64,000 bases of DNA from Candidatus Omnitrophota bacterium. Lineage in GTDB: Bacteria; Omnitrophota; Gorgyraeia; JABMRN01; RBG-13-46-9. The notes beneath the pieces were generated by a model that was not told the DNA's origin, did no database searches, and saw only the letters and a program-made list of their open reading frames with translations. Below, in pieces: positions 38,166 to 48,125 of this stretch (within the stretch, counting starts at the first letter, position 1; the number at the start of each line of letters is the position of its first letter). Position numbers and translations under genes: made by a program. The DNA is taken from positions 1-64,000 of the forward strand of contig JABMQJ010000001.1 of assembly GCA_013203315.1 (NCBI GenBank). The letters are read 5' to 3'.

Positions 38166-38195
38166 AATGATACCTAATAGGTATCATTCTGTCAA
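38166..38195 (-). promoter_or_regulatory. Sigma70 promoter with palindromic operator AATGATAC-N7-GTATCATT
   Basis: TTGACA-N17-TATCAT on minus; palindrome at 38166-38188; same architecture as 33349-33378. Confidence 0.85.
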
Positions 38196-41100
38196 GAGCT
38201 TTTTTTAAGCTCTTTCTCTTTCAGCCAGGCGTATAAGACCGGGACCAGTATTAGGTTGGCTAGGGTTGCGGTGACGAGTCCTCCTACAAGGGGCGATGCC
38301 ATCGGCTTCATGACCTCAGAACCTGTCCCCGTCGATAGCATTACAGGCATTAGCGCTATGACTGTAGTCGTCGCGGTCATCATTGCCGGTCTTAAACGTA
38401 ATAGACAACCTTCGATTACTGTCTTACGTATGTCTTCTACTGTTTTCGGTAGTTTTTTCTTAAAGAGATTATCCAGTGTTGAAAGCAGTACGACCGCGTT
38501 GTCCGTGGCAACACCAAACAGGGCTATGAACCCTACCCATACGACAGTGGAAAATTTGAATCCCAGTAAGAATAAAAGTATTACCCCTCCCGTAAGCGCT
38601 ACGGGAATTCCCGTAGAGAGAATAAGAAGCGACTTAACGTTCCTAAACGCTATGTAGAGCAGGATCATGATTACGCCCAGGCATATTAAAAGTGACGGGA
38701 TAAGCCTTTTTCTTGATTCCATCTCTGACTCAAACTGGCCTGACCAGGAAACATAATATCCCGACGGAAGCTTTATTTCTCCTTTTTTAATCTTTTCATC
38801 CACGGCCCTTTGCGCATTTTTTACGAAGTCTATAAGACCTACCTTGTCCTGATCAACGTTCACAAAAATTCTCGCGTATGAAAGCGTATTTTCCGAGTTG
38901 ATAACGGCGGGGCCGGGAACGCGTTTCAGTTCGGCTATCTGCGCCAGCGGAATATGCTCCCCGCCGGATGTAGGAATAAAAATTCTCTTAAGCGCTTCCG
39001 GATTGTCGCGTAACTCACGCATGTATCTTACGCGAACCGGATAACGCTCTCTTCCTTCAACGGTTGTAGTAATATTCATGCCGCCTATCGCGGTCATGAT
39101 GACATGTTGAATGTCCCGGACGTTTATGCCGTATCTTGCAGCGGCCTCTCTATCTATTTCAATTTCGAAATAGGGCCTGTTCGATATGCGTTCGGCATAG
39201 GGGCTCACCGCGCCTTTTACCTTGGATACGACAGCCTCTATCTCGGTTGCGATCTCGACTATTTTATTAAGGTCCGGCCCGAAAACCTTGATACCTACGG
39301 GTGTTTGTATACCCGTAGCTAACATGTCTATCCTATTCCTTATGGGCTGAGTCATTATCGGGCTTACACCGGGCATACGCGTTTTTTCCTGTATTTCCAG
39401 TATGAGTTTCTCGCGCGTCATGCCCCTTCGCCAGAATTTTTTGTCTTTAAGATTAATAATTGTCTCTATCATTGCTACAGGCGCCGGGTCTGTCGCGGTT
39501 TCCGCGCGGCCAAGCTTACCCACGACCTGCTTTACCTCATTTGGGAATTCCTTTTTAATGATGATATCCTGCGTTCTCATTACATCCATTACCTGCGTGA
39601 GAGACGCCCCCGGCAGAAGAACGGGCATGAAAAGAAGGTCCCCTTCATTTAAAGGCGGCATGAATTCCTGTTTTATCATGGAAGCGAATATTCCGCCCAA
39701 TAGCAAAAGCGCGACTGTTATTATTATAATTTTTTGCTTATTTTTTAACGCCCAGCTGATCGTGGGTAAATAGTGCTTACGAAGATTACGCGAAGTAGCA
39801 TTTTTATCAGGGTCCTGCAATTTTCCCCTTAAAAAATAATAACAAAGCGTCGGAAGAAGCGTAAGCGCGATTACCGCGGCGCCCACCATGACAAATGTCT
39901 TCGTAAAGGCAAGCGGCCTGAAAAGCTTGCCTGCCTGTCCTGTCAGAACAAAAACCGGCAGAAACCCTACAATAGTCGTAAGAAGAGCGAAAAGAACGGG
40001 CTTCCCTACTTCCTTGGCGCCGTCTATGCAGACGTCGAGTCTTTCTTCGGGCGCGAGACTATTTGCGCCCTTTTCTTTTCTTCTATCTACAATTCTTCTA
40101 TAAATGTTTTCAACCAGCACACAACCCGAATCAACCATTATGCCTATGGCGATGGCGATACCGCCAAGCGACATTATGTTGGCATCCACGCCAAAGAGGC
40201 GCATGAGAATAAATGCGATCAATATGCCTACGGGCAGGACGATCGCTATGGCAGCGCTTGCCAGGAAGTGCGCGAGAAATACCAGGATAACAAATACTGT
40301 TATTATAATTTCCTGTATAAGAGCGGTCTTAAGCGTATCAATAGAGCGCATGATAAGCCCTGTTCTGTCATAAAACGGTACTATTTTAACACCGGGAGGC
40401 AGGCCCACGGATAGCTCTTCGATTTTTTCCTTTATGTCCTTTATTACTTTAAGCGGATTCTCACCGTAACGCATGAGAATCACACCGCCTGTTACCTCTT
40501 TTCCTTCCTTGTCAAGGGCGCCCCTCCTGAATTCAGGGCCGATTGTCACCGTGGCTATGTTTTTTACATAAATAGGGGTGCCATTTTTCTCATCAATTAC
40601 TATGTTTTCTATGTCGTCTGTGTTTTTTATGAAACCGAGGCCCCTTACTACAAATTCGGTCCCGCCTTCTTCAAAGACCTTGGCCCCTACGTCAATATTG
40701 GAGGCTTCTACCGCTTTTATTACCTCGTGAATCCTGACGTCATGCGCGAGCAGCTTATTTGGGTCTACGTCTATTTGATATTGCTTTACATGACCGCCTA
40801 CTGAAGCGACTTCTGATACGCCCTTTACGGCATTAAGCTGATACCTTATATACCAGTCCTGGATCGAACGCAACTCATCCAGGCTGTGACCCTCGCCTTC
40901 AACCGTATACCAGAAAATCTGGCCGAGCGCCGTTGCGTCAGGCCCTAAAGTGACAGAGACATCACTCGGGATACCCCTTTTCGCAAAATCAAGCCTTTCT
41001 AAAACGCGTGTCCTGGCCCAGTAAAAATCTGTTCCGTCCTCAAAGATCATGTTTACCAGGCCAAAGCCAAAAGCTGACGTGGAACGTACAACTTTTATAT

Positions 41101-41332
41101 TGGGCGTTCCCATGAGCCCTGTCGTCAAAGGATATATAACCTGGTCTTCCACATCTTTAGGGCTTCTGCCTGGCCAATCCGCATAAACTATTATCTGAAG
41201 CTCGCCTATATCCGGTATAGCGTCCACAGGGGTTTCGCGCATGGAGTGAAACCCCCAGATCATGAGTAGTATGAAAACTGCTATAACAAGAAACCGGTTC
41301 CTAAGACAGGCTTCGATAATTTTATTTATCAT
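38192..41332 (-). CDS. cusA: CusA/CzcA heavy-metal efflux RND transporter
   Basis: PVDAIPD, GPDATALG, NIMSLGGIAIAIG, EFMPPLNEG, RIDMLATG, RLRP.MMT. Confidence 0.95.
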   Translation of the reverse strand: MINKIIEACLRNRFLVIAVFILLMIWGFHSMRETPVDAIPDIGELQIIVYADWPGRSPKDVEDQVIYPLTTGLMGTPNIKVVRSTSAFGFGLVNMIFEDGTDFYWARTRVLERLDFAKRGIPSDVSVTLGPDATALGQIFWYTVEGEGHSLDELRSIQDWYIRYQLNAVKGVSEVASVGGHVKQYQIDVDPNKLLAHDVRIHEVIKAVEASNIDVGAKVFEEGGTEFVVRGLGFIKNTDDIENIVIDEKNGTPIYVKNIATVTIGPEFRRGALDKEGKEVTGGVILMRYGENPLKVIKDIKEKIEELSVGLPPGVKIVPFYDRTGLIMRSIDTLKTALIQEIIITVFVILVFLAHFLASAAIAIVLPVGILIAFILMRLFGVDANIMSLGGIAIAIGIMVDSGCVLVENIYRRIVDRRKEKGANSLAPEERLDVCIDGAKEVGKPVLFALLTTIVGFLPVFVLTGQAGKLFRPLAFTKTFVMVGAAVIALTLLPTLCYYFLRGKLQDPDKNATSRNLRKHYLPTISWALKNKQKIIIITVALLLLGGIFASMIKQEFMPPLNEGDLLFMPVLLPGASLTQVMDVMRTQDIIIKKEFPNEVKQVVGKLGRAETATDPAPVAMIETIINLKDKKFWRRGMTREKLILEIQEKTRMPGVSPIMTQPIRNRIDMLATGIQTPVGIKVFGPDLNKIVEIATEIEAVVSKVKGAVSPYAERISNRPYFEIEIDREAAARYGINVRDIQHVIMTAIGGMNITTTVEGRERYPVRVRYMRELRDNPEALKRIFIPTSGGEHIPLAQIAELKRVPGPAVINSENTLSYARIFVNVDQDKVGLIDFVKNAQRAVDEKIKKGEIKLPSGYYVSWSGQFESEMESRKRLIPSLLICLGVIMILLYIAFRNVKSLLILSTGIPVALTGGVILLFLLGFKFSTVVWVGFIALFGVATDNAVVLLSTLDNLFKKKLPKTVEDIRKTVIEGCLLRLRPAMMTATTTVIALMPVMLSTGTGSEVMKPMASPLVGGLVTATLANLILVPVLYAWLKEKELKKSS

Positions 41333-41347
41333 GATACAACTCCTCGC

Positions 41348-42580
41348 CTAGTGCTGATGCACCGGCGGTTTCTTCTCTTCGGCGCCTATTGACCCGCCAT
41401 AAGCTGAGGCAGCGACACCGCTAATTTGGCTCTGTGAATCAATAAGGAAATTGGCCTTGGTCACGACAAGCTCGCCTTCGACGAGGCCCTTTAACACAGG
41501 ATAGAACTTTCTTTCTCTGCCGTCCACCAGAGCTCTTGCTTCCGGGCCGATAACAACGAGTCGGCCTTCATATTTTCCGTCTCCTACTTCAAGCCACACG
41601 ATCTTTCGCGTGCCGGTATCAAGCACAGCGCTCTTAGGAATAGCAAGAACCTCATGCTCTCCTTCGGCGCCCATGTACATTCCCATGATAACCAAATCAA
41701 CGTACATCCCCGGTTTTAGTTTAAGATCTGCGTTTTCGACTTCGGCTCTGAATTTGATCGAACGCGTCTTGGAATTTAACACAGGATCTATTGAAGATAT
41801 AACGCCCTGAAATTCTTCGCCCGGGATACCGGCGGCTATAACCTTTACTTTTTCTCCGACTTTTATCCAGGCCAATTCGTACTCGTATATATCCCCGTAA
41901 ATCCACATCTTCTTTTCCGGTAAAATAAGATTCGTATGAACCTTTTTCGTCTTTTCCAATTCCTTTATCTGTTCGGCGCTTAGGCCAAGCAACTTTAGTT
42001 TTCTCCTTGAGGATTCCACTAAATTCGCGGTTCTTTCTTTAATCTCTGGTATATTGCCTTCAGATATTTTCTCAAGGGAGCGAACCGCGGAAATAAATTC
42101 CTCTTCTGCGATGGCAAGTTGCGGGTCATAGGCTACCTTGCCTACGGTGCGTAGCTCTTTGTAAAGATGAAGCTTCCCTATTGGCTCTGCTTTGACACCG
42201 GCCAGACGAAGCTGGTCTCCTTTTATTTTGACGCTGCTCACAACACCTTTTAAGCTATCCGCTTCCGCTTTCGATATTTTTTTAAGATCCATGCCGCATA
42301 TAGGGCAGGTCATGCCTTCTGCGTCCTTCATGAGAAAAACGTGTTCTGCCCCTTCCATGCCGCATCCGTAATAATTGAGGCTCTCTTCGGCTTCCTCTTT
42401 GTATACAGGAATAAGTTTCATGTTGCAAATAGGGCAATTCACGCTGCCTTTGTCATACTCCTCCGGAGACACCCTCACACTCGGATGCATGCCGCAGGTA
42501 TAGTATTCAATATCGTCGGCCCCGGCGTAGGTAACAATGGATGCTAACAACATAATTACAATAATAATTCGATACTTCAT
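41348..42580 (-). CDS. cusB: CusB-like periplasmic adaptor with heavy-metal-binding domains
   Basis: YTCGMHP...CPICNMKL, CPICGMDL, LKPGMY, FLIDS. Confidence 0.92.
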   Translation of the reverse strand: MKYRIIIVIMLLASIVTYAGADDIEYYTCGMHPSVRVSPEEYDKGSVNCPICNMKLIPVYKEEAEESLNYYGCGMEGAEHVFLMKDAEGMTCPICGMDLKKISKAEADSLKGVVSSVKIKGDQLRLAGVKAEPIGKLHLYKELRTVGKVAYDPQLAIAEEEFISAVRSLEKISEGNIPEIKERTANLVESSRRKLKLLGLSAEQIKELEKTKKVHTNLILPEKKMWIYGDIYEYELAWIKVGEKVKVIAAGIPGEEFQGVISSIDPVLNSKTRSIKFRAEVENADLKLKPGMYVDLVIMGMYMGAEGEHEVLAIPKSAVLDTGTRKIVWLEVGDGKYEGRLVVIGPEARALVDGRERKFYPVLKGLVEGELVVTKANFLIDSQSQISGVAASAYGGSIGAEEKKPPVHQH

Positions 42581-42599
42581 TTTATTTTCCTCCCGGTCG

Positions 42600-43862
42600 T
42601 TATAAATCTCGGCCTACTACCCTTTCCAGATACGCGATTGATTTCTCGTAATCTACTATAGCCTTATAATAAGCGAGCTTTGTCTTAAGAAGCACTCTCT
42701 CGGAATCAAGCCAGTTTAAAAAGTCTACCTTGCCCGCTTCATAGGCTGTCTTAGCGGCATTGAATGCCTGCTCTGTCTGCGGGACAAGCGCTGTTTTATA
42801 CAAACTTACGATCTCTTTGTAAGTGTTTATCTTATAATAAACATCCTCCACTTCATATATAACGTTATTTTTCACGTCCTCGAAGTTTTCCCTGCTCGCG
42901 CGCAAGGATGCGGATTTTTCTTTTAGCTCGGCCACCTGCTTATCAAGCCAGATTGGTATGTGAACGGCAAATGTTGTCATCCAGGCGTCCTGGCCGTCGT
43001 CCGGAAGGGTCGTAGTATCATCGCCTACCTGGATGTAATCAAAACCAAATGTGAAGTCCGGAAGAAAATTAAGCCCCGCTAAAGACTTCTCGTATTTGGC
43101 TCTTTCTATGTTAATATTCGCTGCGAGCAATTCCTGCCTGCTCGTGCCGGCCAGATTATGCAAACTGTCTAAGGTATAATTGAACTTATCTAACTCTATG
43201 TCTTTTACCTTCCCCATCATAACCACGTTAGGCCTGCTAAGCAACGCGTTCAACTTGGCGGCGAGGCTTTTTCTGTGCTGTCTTAATTTAAACAGCTTAT
43301 CTATTAATTTTGAAATCTCAACCTGGGCCTTGATAACATCCTGCTGCGGCGCATGAGCTACCTCGAACTTTTTTCCCGCTACCTTTTCAAGGTTACTTAA
43401 GACACCTTTCTCCTCCTCGGTTATGTCAATCGCCCTGTCCACCCAGAAAATATCATAATAGACAAACTTTACGTCTTTTATAATTTCGCGCTTTGTGGCT
43501 TCGTACTTCTCCCTCAGCACATCAGCCTTTTTAAACTCTGCCCTACCCTTAAGATGGAGCTTCCCGGGAAAAGGAACGCTTTGCGATACGCCGTACTTAT
43601 GCTTCTGCGGGCCCACCTTTGTTTCAACGCTTTCACCGAAATACGTATACCGCGCCGTAGGGTCCGGAAGCACCGAAACCTGCTTTATCCTATATGTTGC
43701 AGCCTTCCAATTCTCATACGCCGCCTGAACACGAGGATTATTGTCTATAGCCTCGTTTATAAGAGCATCGAGGTCGCCGCCAGGAACTCCTTCTGCATGG
43801 ATGTGACCTGTGGCGCTTGCAACAAAAGCGACGATTATAAACACAGTAAAAAATAAACGCAT
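42600..43862 (-). CDS. TolC-family outer-membrane efflux protein
   Basis: Signal peptide, LPDP, PFPGKL, AYEAGKVDFL. Confidence 0.9.
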   Translation of the reverse strand: MRLFFTVFIIVAFVASATGHIHAEGVPGGDLDALINEAIDNNPRVQAAYENWKAATYRIKQVSVLPDPTARYTYFGESVETKVGPQKHKYGVSQSVPFPGKLHLKGRAEFKKADVLREKYEATKREIIKDVKFVYYDIFWVDRAIDITEEEKGVLSNLEKVAGKKFEVAHAPQQDVIKAQVEISKLIDKLFKLRQHRKSLAAKLNALLSRPNVVMMGKVKDIELDKFNYTLDSLHNLAGTSRQELLAANINIERAKYEKSLAGLNFLPDFTFGFDYIQVGDDTTTLPDDGQDAWMTTFAVHIPIWLDKQVAELKEKSASLRASRENFEDVKNNVIYEVEDVYYKINTYKEIVSLYKTALVPQTEQAFNAAKTAYEAGKVDFLNWLDSERVLLKTKLAYYKAIVDYEKSIAYLERVVGRDL

Positions 43863-43871
43863 GGTACCACC

Positions 43872-44153
43872 TCATATATTCTTCGTAAACCTCTTTAATA
43901 AATTTGTTATCTCGCCTATCTTCGTATACGTATCCCCTGTGCTTTTGCTCTTAAGCGCCCCGGCCACACAGCCTGCAAGGTGCTTACTAAAGACTTTCTC
44001 CCTTACCCTCATGAGAGCTCCGATGGTCGATTGGATCTGGGTCAGGATATCAACGCAATACCGACCATCATCGATCATCTTCTGCAGGCCACGAACCTGC
44101 CCCTCGATCTTCTTCAGGTAAATTATCTGCTCTTTATGGCTCATCTTTGCCAT
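43872..44153 (-). CDS. csoR: CsoR family metal-sensing repressor
   Basis: LKKIEGQVRG, RYCVDIL.Q, HLAGCV. Confidence 0.93.
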   Translation of the reverse strand: MAKMSHKEQIIYLKKIEGQVRGLQKMIDDGRYCVDILTQIQSTIGALMRVREKVFSKHLAGCVAGALKSKSTGDTYTKIGEITNLLKRFTKNI

Positions 44154-44180
44154 GGTAAAAGCCTCTCTTTCCGTGATACA

Positions 44181-44210
44181 AGTATACCATACCCCCCTAC
44201 CCTATGTCAA
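44181..44210 (-). promoter_or_regulatory. csoR-cus promoter with CsoR-type G-tract operator
   Basis: TTGACA-N18-TATACT; spacer contains ATAGGGTAGGGGGGTAT. Confidence 0.8.
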
Positions 44211-44224
44211 GGGCTGGCGCTCAC

Positions 44225-44352
44225 TATTTTTGCGGGTTTTACCCTACGGAATCAGCTGGTATTGGCCTGCGGCTTGGCACTTTCGCCGGAGCTCTTTCCG
44301 TTAGCCCTCCCCCTTCTATTGGTGCAACCTAGGCATAAAGCCCGCTAAAATA
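44225..44352. repeat. MITE-like element, copy 1 (degenerate)
   Basis: Ends TATTTTTGCGGG / CCCGCTAAAATA; shares CCCTACGGAAT, GGTATTGGC, TGCGGCTTGGCA, CGGAGC with 51628-51743. Confidence 0.7.
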
Positions 44353-44411
44353 ATTCGCTTGAAAAGTCCACTTATGTGTGTTATTAATATGTATTACGAA
44401 AGGAACGAATA

Positions 44412-45599
44412 ATGGCACGACACATATACATGGATAATAACGCAACGACCCCTCTCCACCCTGAGGTGAAGAAGGCTATCAAGGGTGCGCTCGATATGTT
44501 CGGCAATCCTTCGAGTCTGCATGAGTTCGGACGAGAAGCGAGGGCAGCTGTCGAGAGAGCCAGGGAACGCGTTGCTTCGTTTATTGGGGCAAGTCCTGAT
44601 GAGATTATATTTACGGGAAGCGGCTCTGAGGCTAATAATACGGTGCTTTCGCTTGCGGCGTGCCCTGCTACATCCTGCTTAAATCTTCTCGACAAGAAGA
44701 AAACCGGTATTATCACCACTACCATTGAGCACCCCTGCGTGTTAGAGACTTCAAAATGTCTCACGGATAGAGGTGTCGATGTCACGTATCTTAAAGCCGA
44801 TTGCCTGGGCAAGGTAAGCGTTGAAGAATTAGAGAACGTCCTCACCGAGAAGACCGGCATCGTTTCTATAATGATGGCAAATAACGAAATCGGTACGACA
44901 CAGGATATTAAGTTGCTTGCGAAGATGGCGCATAAACACGGTGCCCTGTTCCACACGGATGCGGTTCAGGCAGTGGGTAAGATCCCTGTAGATGTAAAAG
45001 ATTTAGATATTGATTTTCTGACGCTTTCGGCGCACAAGATATATGGGCCCAAGGGAATCGGCGCGCTTTATATTAAAAAAGATATTCCGTTTTGTCCATT
45101 GATTCGCGGCGGTCACCAGGAAAGAGGCCGGCGTGCAGGGACAGAAAATACTTTAGGCATAGTAGGCCTCGAAAAAGCAGTCGAAATGCGCGCAAAAGAG
45201 ATGAATGCCGAAGAAACACGCCTACTTCAGTTTAAAAATAAACTTAAAAAAGGTATCGAAGACAATATTAAGGATGCGCGTTTCAACGGACATCCGCACG
45301 ATTGCCTTACCGGCACGACGAATGTTTCGTTTGATGGCGCAGAGGGTGAGGCGATTCTCCTATATCTTGACCAGAAGGGCGTCGCTGTCTCTACGGGTTC
45401 AGCCTGCGCGTCCGGTTCACTCGACCCTTCGCATGTGCTTCTTGCAACAGGCACACCGGCTGAAAGAGCGCATGGCTCGATACGCATAAGCATGGGCCGG
45501 GAAAATACTGAAAAAGAAGTAGACTACGTTCTAACAACGCTGATTGACGTGATAAAGAAAGTGCGTAGCATGTCAACAGCCTACGGAGATAAAAAATAA
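44412..45599 (+). CDS. nifS: Cysteine desulfurase
   Basis: YMDNNATT, GNPSSLH, HTDAVQ, SAHKIYGPKG, STGSACASG. Confidence 0.95.
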   Translation: MARHIYMDNNATTPLHPEVKKAIKGALDMFGNPSSLHEFGREARAAVERARERVASFIGASPDEIIFTGSGSEANNTVLSLAACPATSCLNLLDKKKTGIITTTIEHPCVLETSKCLTDRGVDVTYLKADCLGKVSVEELENVLTEKTGIVSIMMANNEIGTTQDIKLLAKMAHKHGALFHTDAVQAVGKIPVDVKDLDIDFLTLSAHKIYGPKGIGALYIKKDIPFCPLIRGGHQERGRRAGTENTLGIVGLEKAVEMRAKEMNAEETRLLQFKNKLKKGIEDNIKDARFNGHPHDCLTGTTNVSFDGAEGEAILLYLDQKGVAVSTGSACASGSLDPSHVLLATGTPAERAHGSIRISMGRENTEKEVDYVLTTLIDVIKKVRSMSTAYGDKK

Positions 45600-46213
45600 T
45601 GGCTAAAGAAGAATTTAGCTGGGTATATACAGGAATCGCCAAAGACCACTTCACTAATCCCAGGAATATTCTGGGAGATGAGGCCTCATTCAAGGATAAC
45701 GGAAAAGGTACCGTTGGCAACATGAAGTGCGGCGACCAGATGCTGGTAGCGATTAAGGTAGATAAGAGTAAAGGTACGATTACAGACTGTAAATGGAAAA
45801 CCTACGGTTGCGCAAGCGCTATCGCGAGCACTTCCATCATGTCGGAGATGGTAATAGGTATGACAATCGAGAAGGCTTATCACCTCTCCCCGAAAGACGT
45901 TGCCGCAGCACTTGGCGGTCTACCCGAACACAAAATACACTGCTCTGTACTAGGAGATAAAGCGTTACGCGCGGCAATAGACGACTACTACAAGCGTAAC
46001 GGAATGGAAGATAAGATCGTTAAAGAAAAAGCGCGCCTTGTATGTCAATGTATGAACGTAACCGACCACGAAATCGAGCACGCTGTCTTAGAAGGCGCAC
46101 GAACGCTCTACGAACTCCAGGAAAGAACCAAACTCGGCACCGTCTGCGGTCAGTGCAAACCCGAAGCAACTCGCCTCCTGCAACTCTACATCAAAAAACA
46201 TTTCAGTAAGTAA
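45599..46213 (+). CDS. nifU: Fe-S scaffold: IscU domain + BFD-like [2Fe-2S] domain
   Basis: HF.NPRN, CGD, GCASAIAS, KIHCS; CQC...GTVCGQC; no Nfu domain. Confidence 0.92.
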   Translation: MAKEEFSWVYTGIAKDHFTNPRNILGDEASFKDNGKGTVGNMKCGDQMLVAIKVDKSKGTITDCKWKTYGCASAIASTSIMSEMVIGMTIEKAYHLSPKDVAAALGGLPEHKIHCSVLGDKALRAAIDDYYKRNGMEDKIVKEKARLVCQCMNVTDHEIEHAVLEGARTLYELQERTKLGTVCGQCKPEATRLLQLYIKKHFSK

Positions 46214-46367
46214 AATATTATTCTATTTTTGATTTTTATTATAAAGAAGCTTATAACGCGGTAGGGTTTTGGATAGGCACTCTTAAGTGTGCCCTGCTTA
46301 CTTGAAAAATACAAAATAAGATGGCTCTACTTGAATTATTTAAACAAATAGAGCCATCCCGAATGCT

Positions 46368-46685
46368 TTATTTCTTATTTCCTAAAAGAAATTCCGGATT
46401 CTTAATTATTGGGCCATATTCAGGGAACGGAAAAGTAACTGTTTCAAACACTCCGCAAAGAACTCTTCCGCCAAATTTGAAAATCCCACCTAATGGTCCC
46501 CACGTTATGGCACCAAGAATTCCATCCTTCTCATACCCATCTTGGATTCCATTAAGTATTTCAAGCGGGCTTGTAACGATGTTTGTCACACCTCTGTAAA
46601 GTTTTTTGGCGGCTAGATCAGCATAAGCTGCGGTAGCGCTAAATAACATTACACCGATAAGAAGCAGGATAATTAGCTTTTTCAT
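46368..46685 (-). CDS. Exosortase-system-associated (TIGR04073-like) protein
   Basis: Signal peptide, KLYRGVTNI, R...GVFETVTFPFP...PEF. Confidence 0.75.
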   Translation of the reverse strand: MKKLIILLLIGVMLFSATAAYADLAAKKLYRGVTNIVTSPLEILNGIQDGYEKDGILGAITWGPLGGIFKFGGRVLCGVFETVTFPFPEYGPIIKNPEFLLGNKK

Positions 46686-46772
46686 TTTTTTACCTCCTTA
46701 TTTTAAATATAGTATACCCAATGAAAATCAATACTGCAAATATACTTCAGTTATCCACAGGGTAGGGCACTC

Positions 46773-46976
46773 TTAAGTGTGCCCTGCTTGCTTTCTGTCG
46801 CAAATTAACTGGCCGCCGACTCCAACGTTTTCCGGTGCATTTTCCTTGATTACCGCTACAATAACCGCGGGAGGTAACTTATATGCCTTTACTGCTGCTT
46901 CAGTCACTTCTTTGATTAAAGCTCGTTTCACCTCTAAATCTTTTATCTTTGGTCCTTCCACTGTAATATTAGGCAT
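46773..46976 (-). CDS. 4-oxalocrotonate tautomerase family protein
   Basis: N-terminal Pro, IKENAPENVGVGG. Confidence 0.9.
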   Translation of the reverse strand: MPNITVEGPKIKDLEVKRALIKEVTEAAVKAYKLPPAVIVAVIKENAPENVGVGGQLICDRKQAGHT

Positions 46977-47128
46977 TCTTCCCCCTTTTTTGGATTTTTA
47001 CTCTTGTGCCATTTCAGAATCTGAACTCCTGTCTGCCGGCAGGTAGACAGGCTATTTTTGAAAATGGTTCACTGTCCTCAATTTTAACGGTGTTTAAGTG
47101 GGTATACAGGGTGAGGATATGCTATGGC

Positions 47129-47554
47129 TCAGTCTACCTGATGCGCAGTCAAGAACATAGACTTCTCGAGAACAGTGAAAAAATCCTGATAAGACTCCGG
47201 ATTATCGACAGCCCTAAGCCCAAATTGAGCATTTGCCCTAACCAATAGTTGCGTTTCTCCTCTGGGCCTTACCGTAACAGTCATCTTTAATAAAGTATGC
47301 CTTGTAAATTTTGATGCTGTTACAGAGCCCAAGCTTAAATCTGCTCTATCAATAACAAATTCTAAATCTTGAAGAGTGCTTATTACTGTCCTAAGCATTT
47401 TTTTTCTATCGGTAGTATCAAAAGCCCTTGTTTGTATGCTACGCAATTGAACTTGGCTCTGTTCGGCATCAATTGTTCGCTGGGCAGTTGTTGTACAACC
47501 CGCTAAAGATAAAACGAAAAATAAAAGAAGAAGACCTCTTAACATTATTTTCAT
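47129..47554 (-). CDS. Lipoprotein (paralogue of 47551-48123)
   Basis: LAGC lipobox; QLRSIQTRAFDT, LG.V.ASK, PE.YQ.FF. Confidence 0.82.
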   Translation of the reverse strand: MKIMLRGLLLLFFVLSLAGCTTTAQRTIDAEQSQVQLRSIQTRAFDTTDRKKMLRTVISTLQDLEFVIDRADLSLGSVTASKFTRHTLLKMTVTVRPRGETQLLVRANAQFGLRAVDNPESYQDFFTVLEKSMFLTAHQVD

Positions 47555-48123
47555 ATTTCCTGCCCTTCAAGGAATATTGCTTTTGATACTTTGTCGAAGA
47601 AACCTTGGTATAATTCTGGTCCTTTCAAAGTCTCCAGTCTAGAAACGTTTCCCAGTCTGTTCCAGACAATTCTCTGAAAGGTAGTGCGGACGATTAATTT
47701 ATTTCCTTCGGCGTTTAGCTTACTAACAACGGATACTCTAATTTTCTGCTCTTTATCAATATAGTCAAAAGCGTTTGTATTTGTGCCTGAGAGTGCGGCG
47801 AGGGCAACTGCTGCGGTTGCTGCCGCAACCTGAACTGCATCTGTTGCATCTCTACTTTTTGAAGCTACAACAAGCCCTAATTCTGTTTCGCTATCGTCAA
47901 GCGTAAAGCCCATATCTTGAAGAGCACCGGCGCAGGCTGAGAGTACTTCTGCTTCGTTTATCGTTTCAAATTGCCGCATTTGTAACTGGCGTACTTGCAG
48001 ACTGTCCTCTGATAGGGTAAATAATTTTTTAGGGGTGGTAGCAATACAACCTGTTATAGAAATGCACAAAACAAGGAGTGACGGTAAGATAAAGTCTTTT
48101 TTTAATTTTGTAACTTTAAGCAT
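47551..48123 (-). CDS. Lipoprotein
   Basis: ITGC lipobox; RQLQMRQFET, LGLVVASK, PELYQGFF. Confidence 0.82.
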   Translation of the reverse strand: MLKVTKLKKDFILPSLLVLCISITGCIATTPKKLFTLSEDSLQVRQLQMRQFETINEAEVLSACAGALQDMGFTLDDSETELGLVVASKSRDATDAVQVAAATAAVALAALSGTNTNAFDYIDKEQKIRVSVVSKLNAEGNKLIVRTTFQRIVWNRLGNVSRLETLKGPELYQGFFDKVSKAIFLEGQEI

Positions 48124-48125
48124 AT

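Noticed and set aside
46751-46759. Replication origin suggested by a perfect DnaA box
   Set aside because: Isolated box within repeat B; no box cluster, unwinding element or dnaA context.
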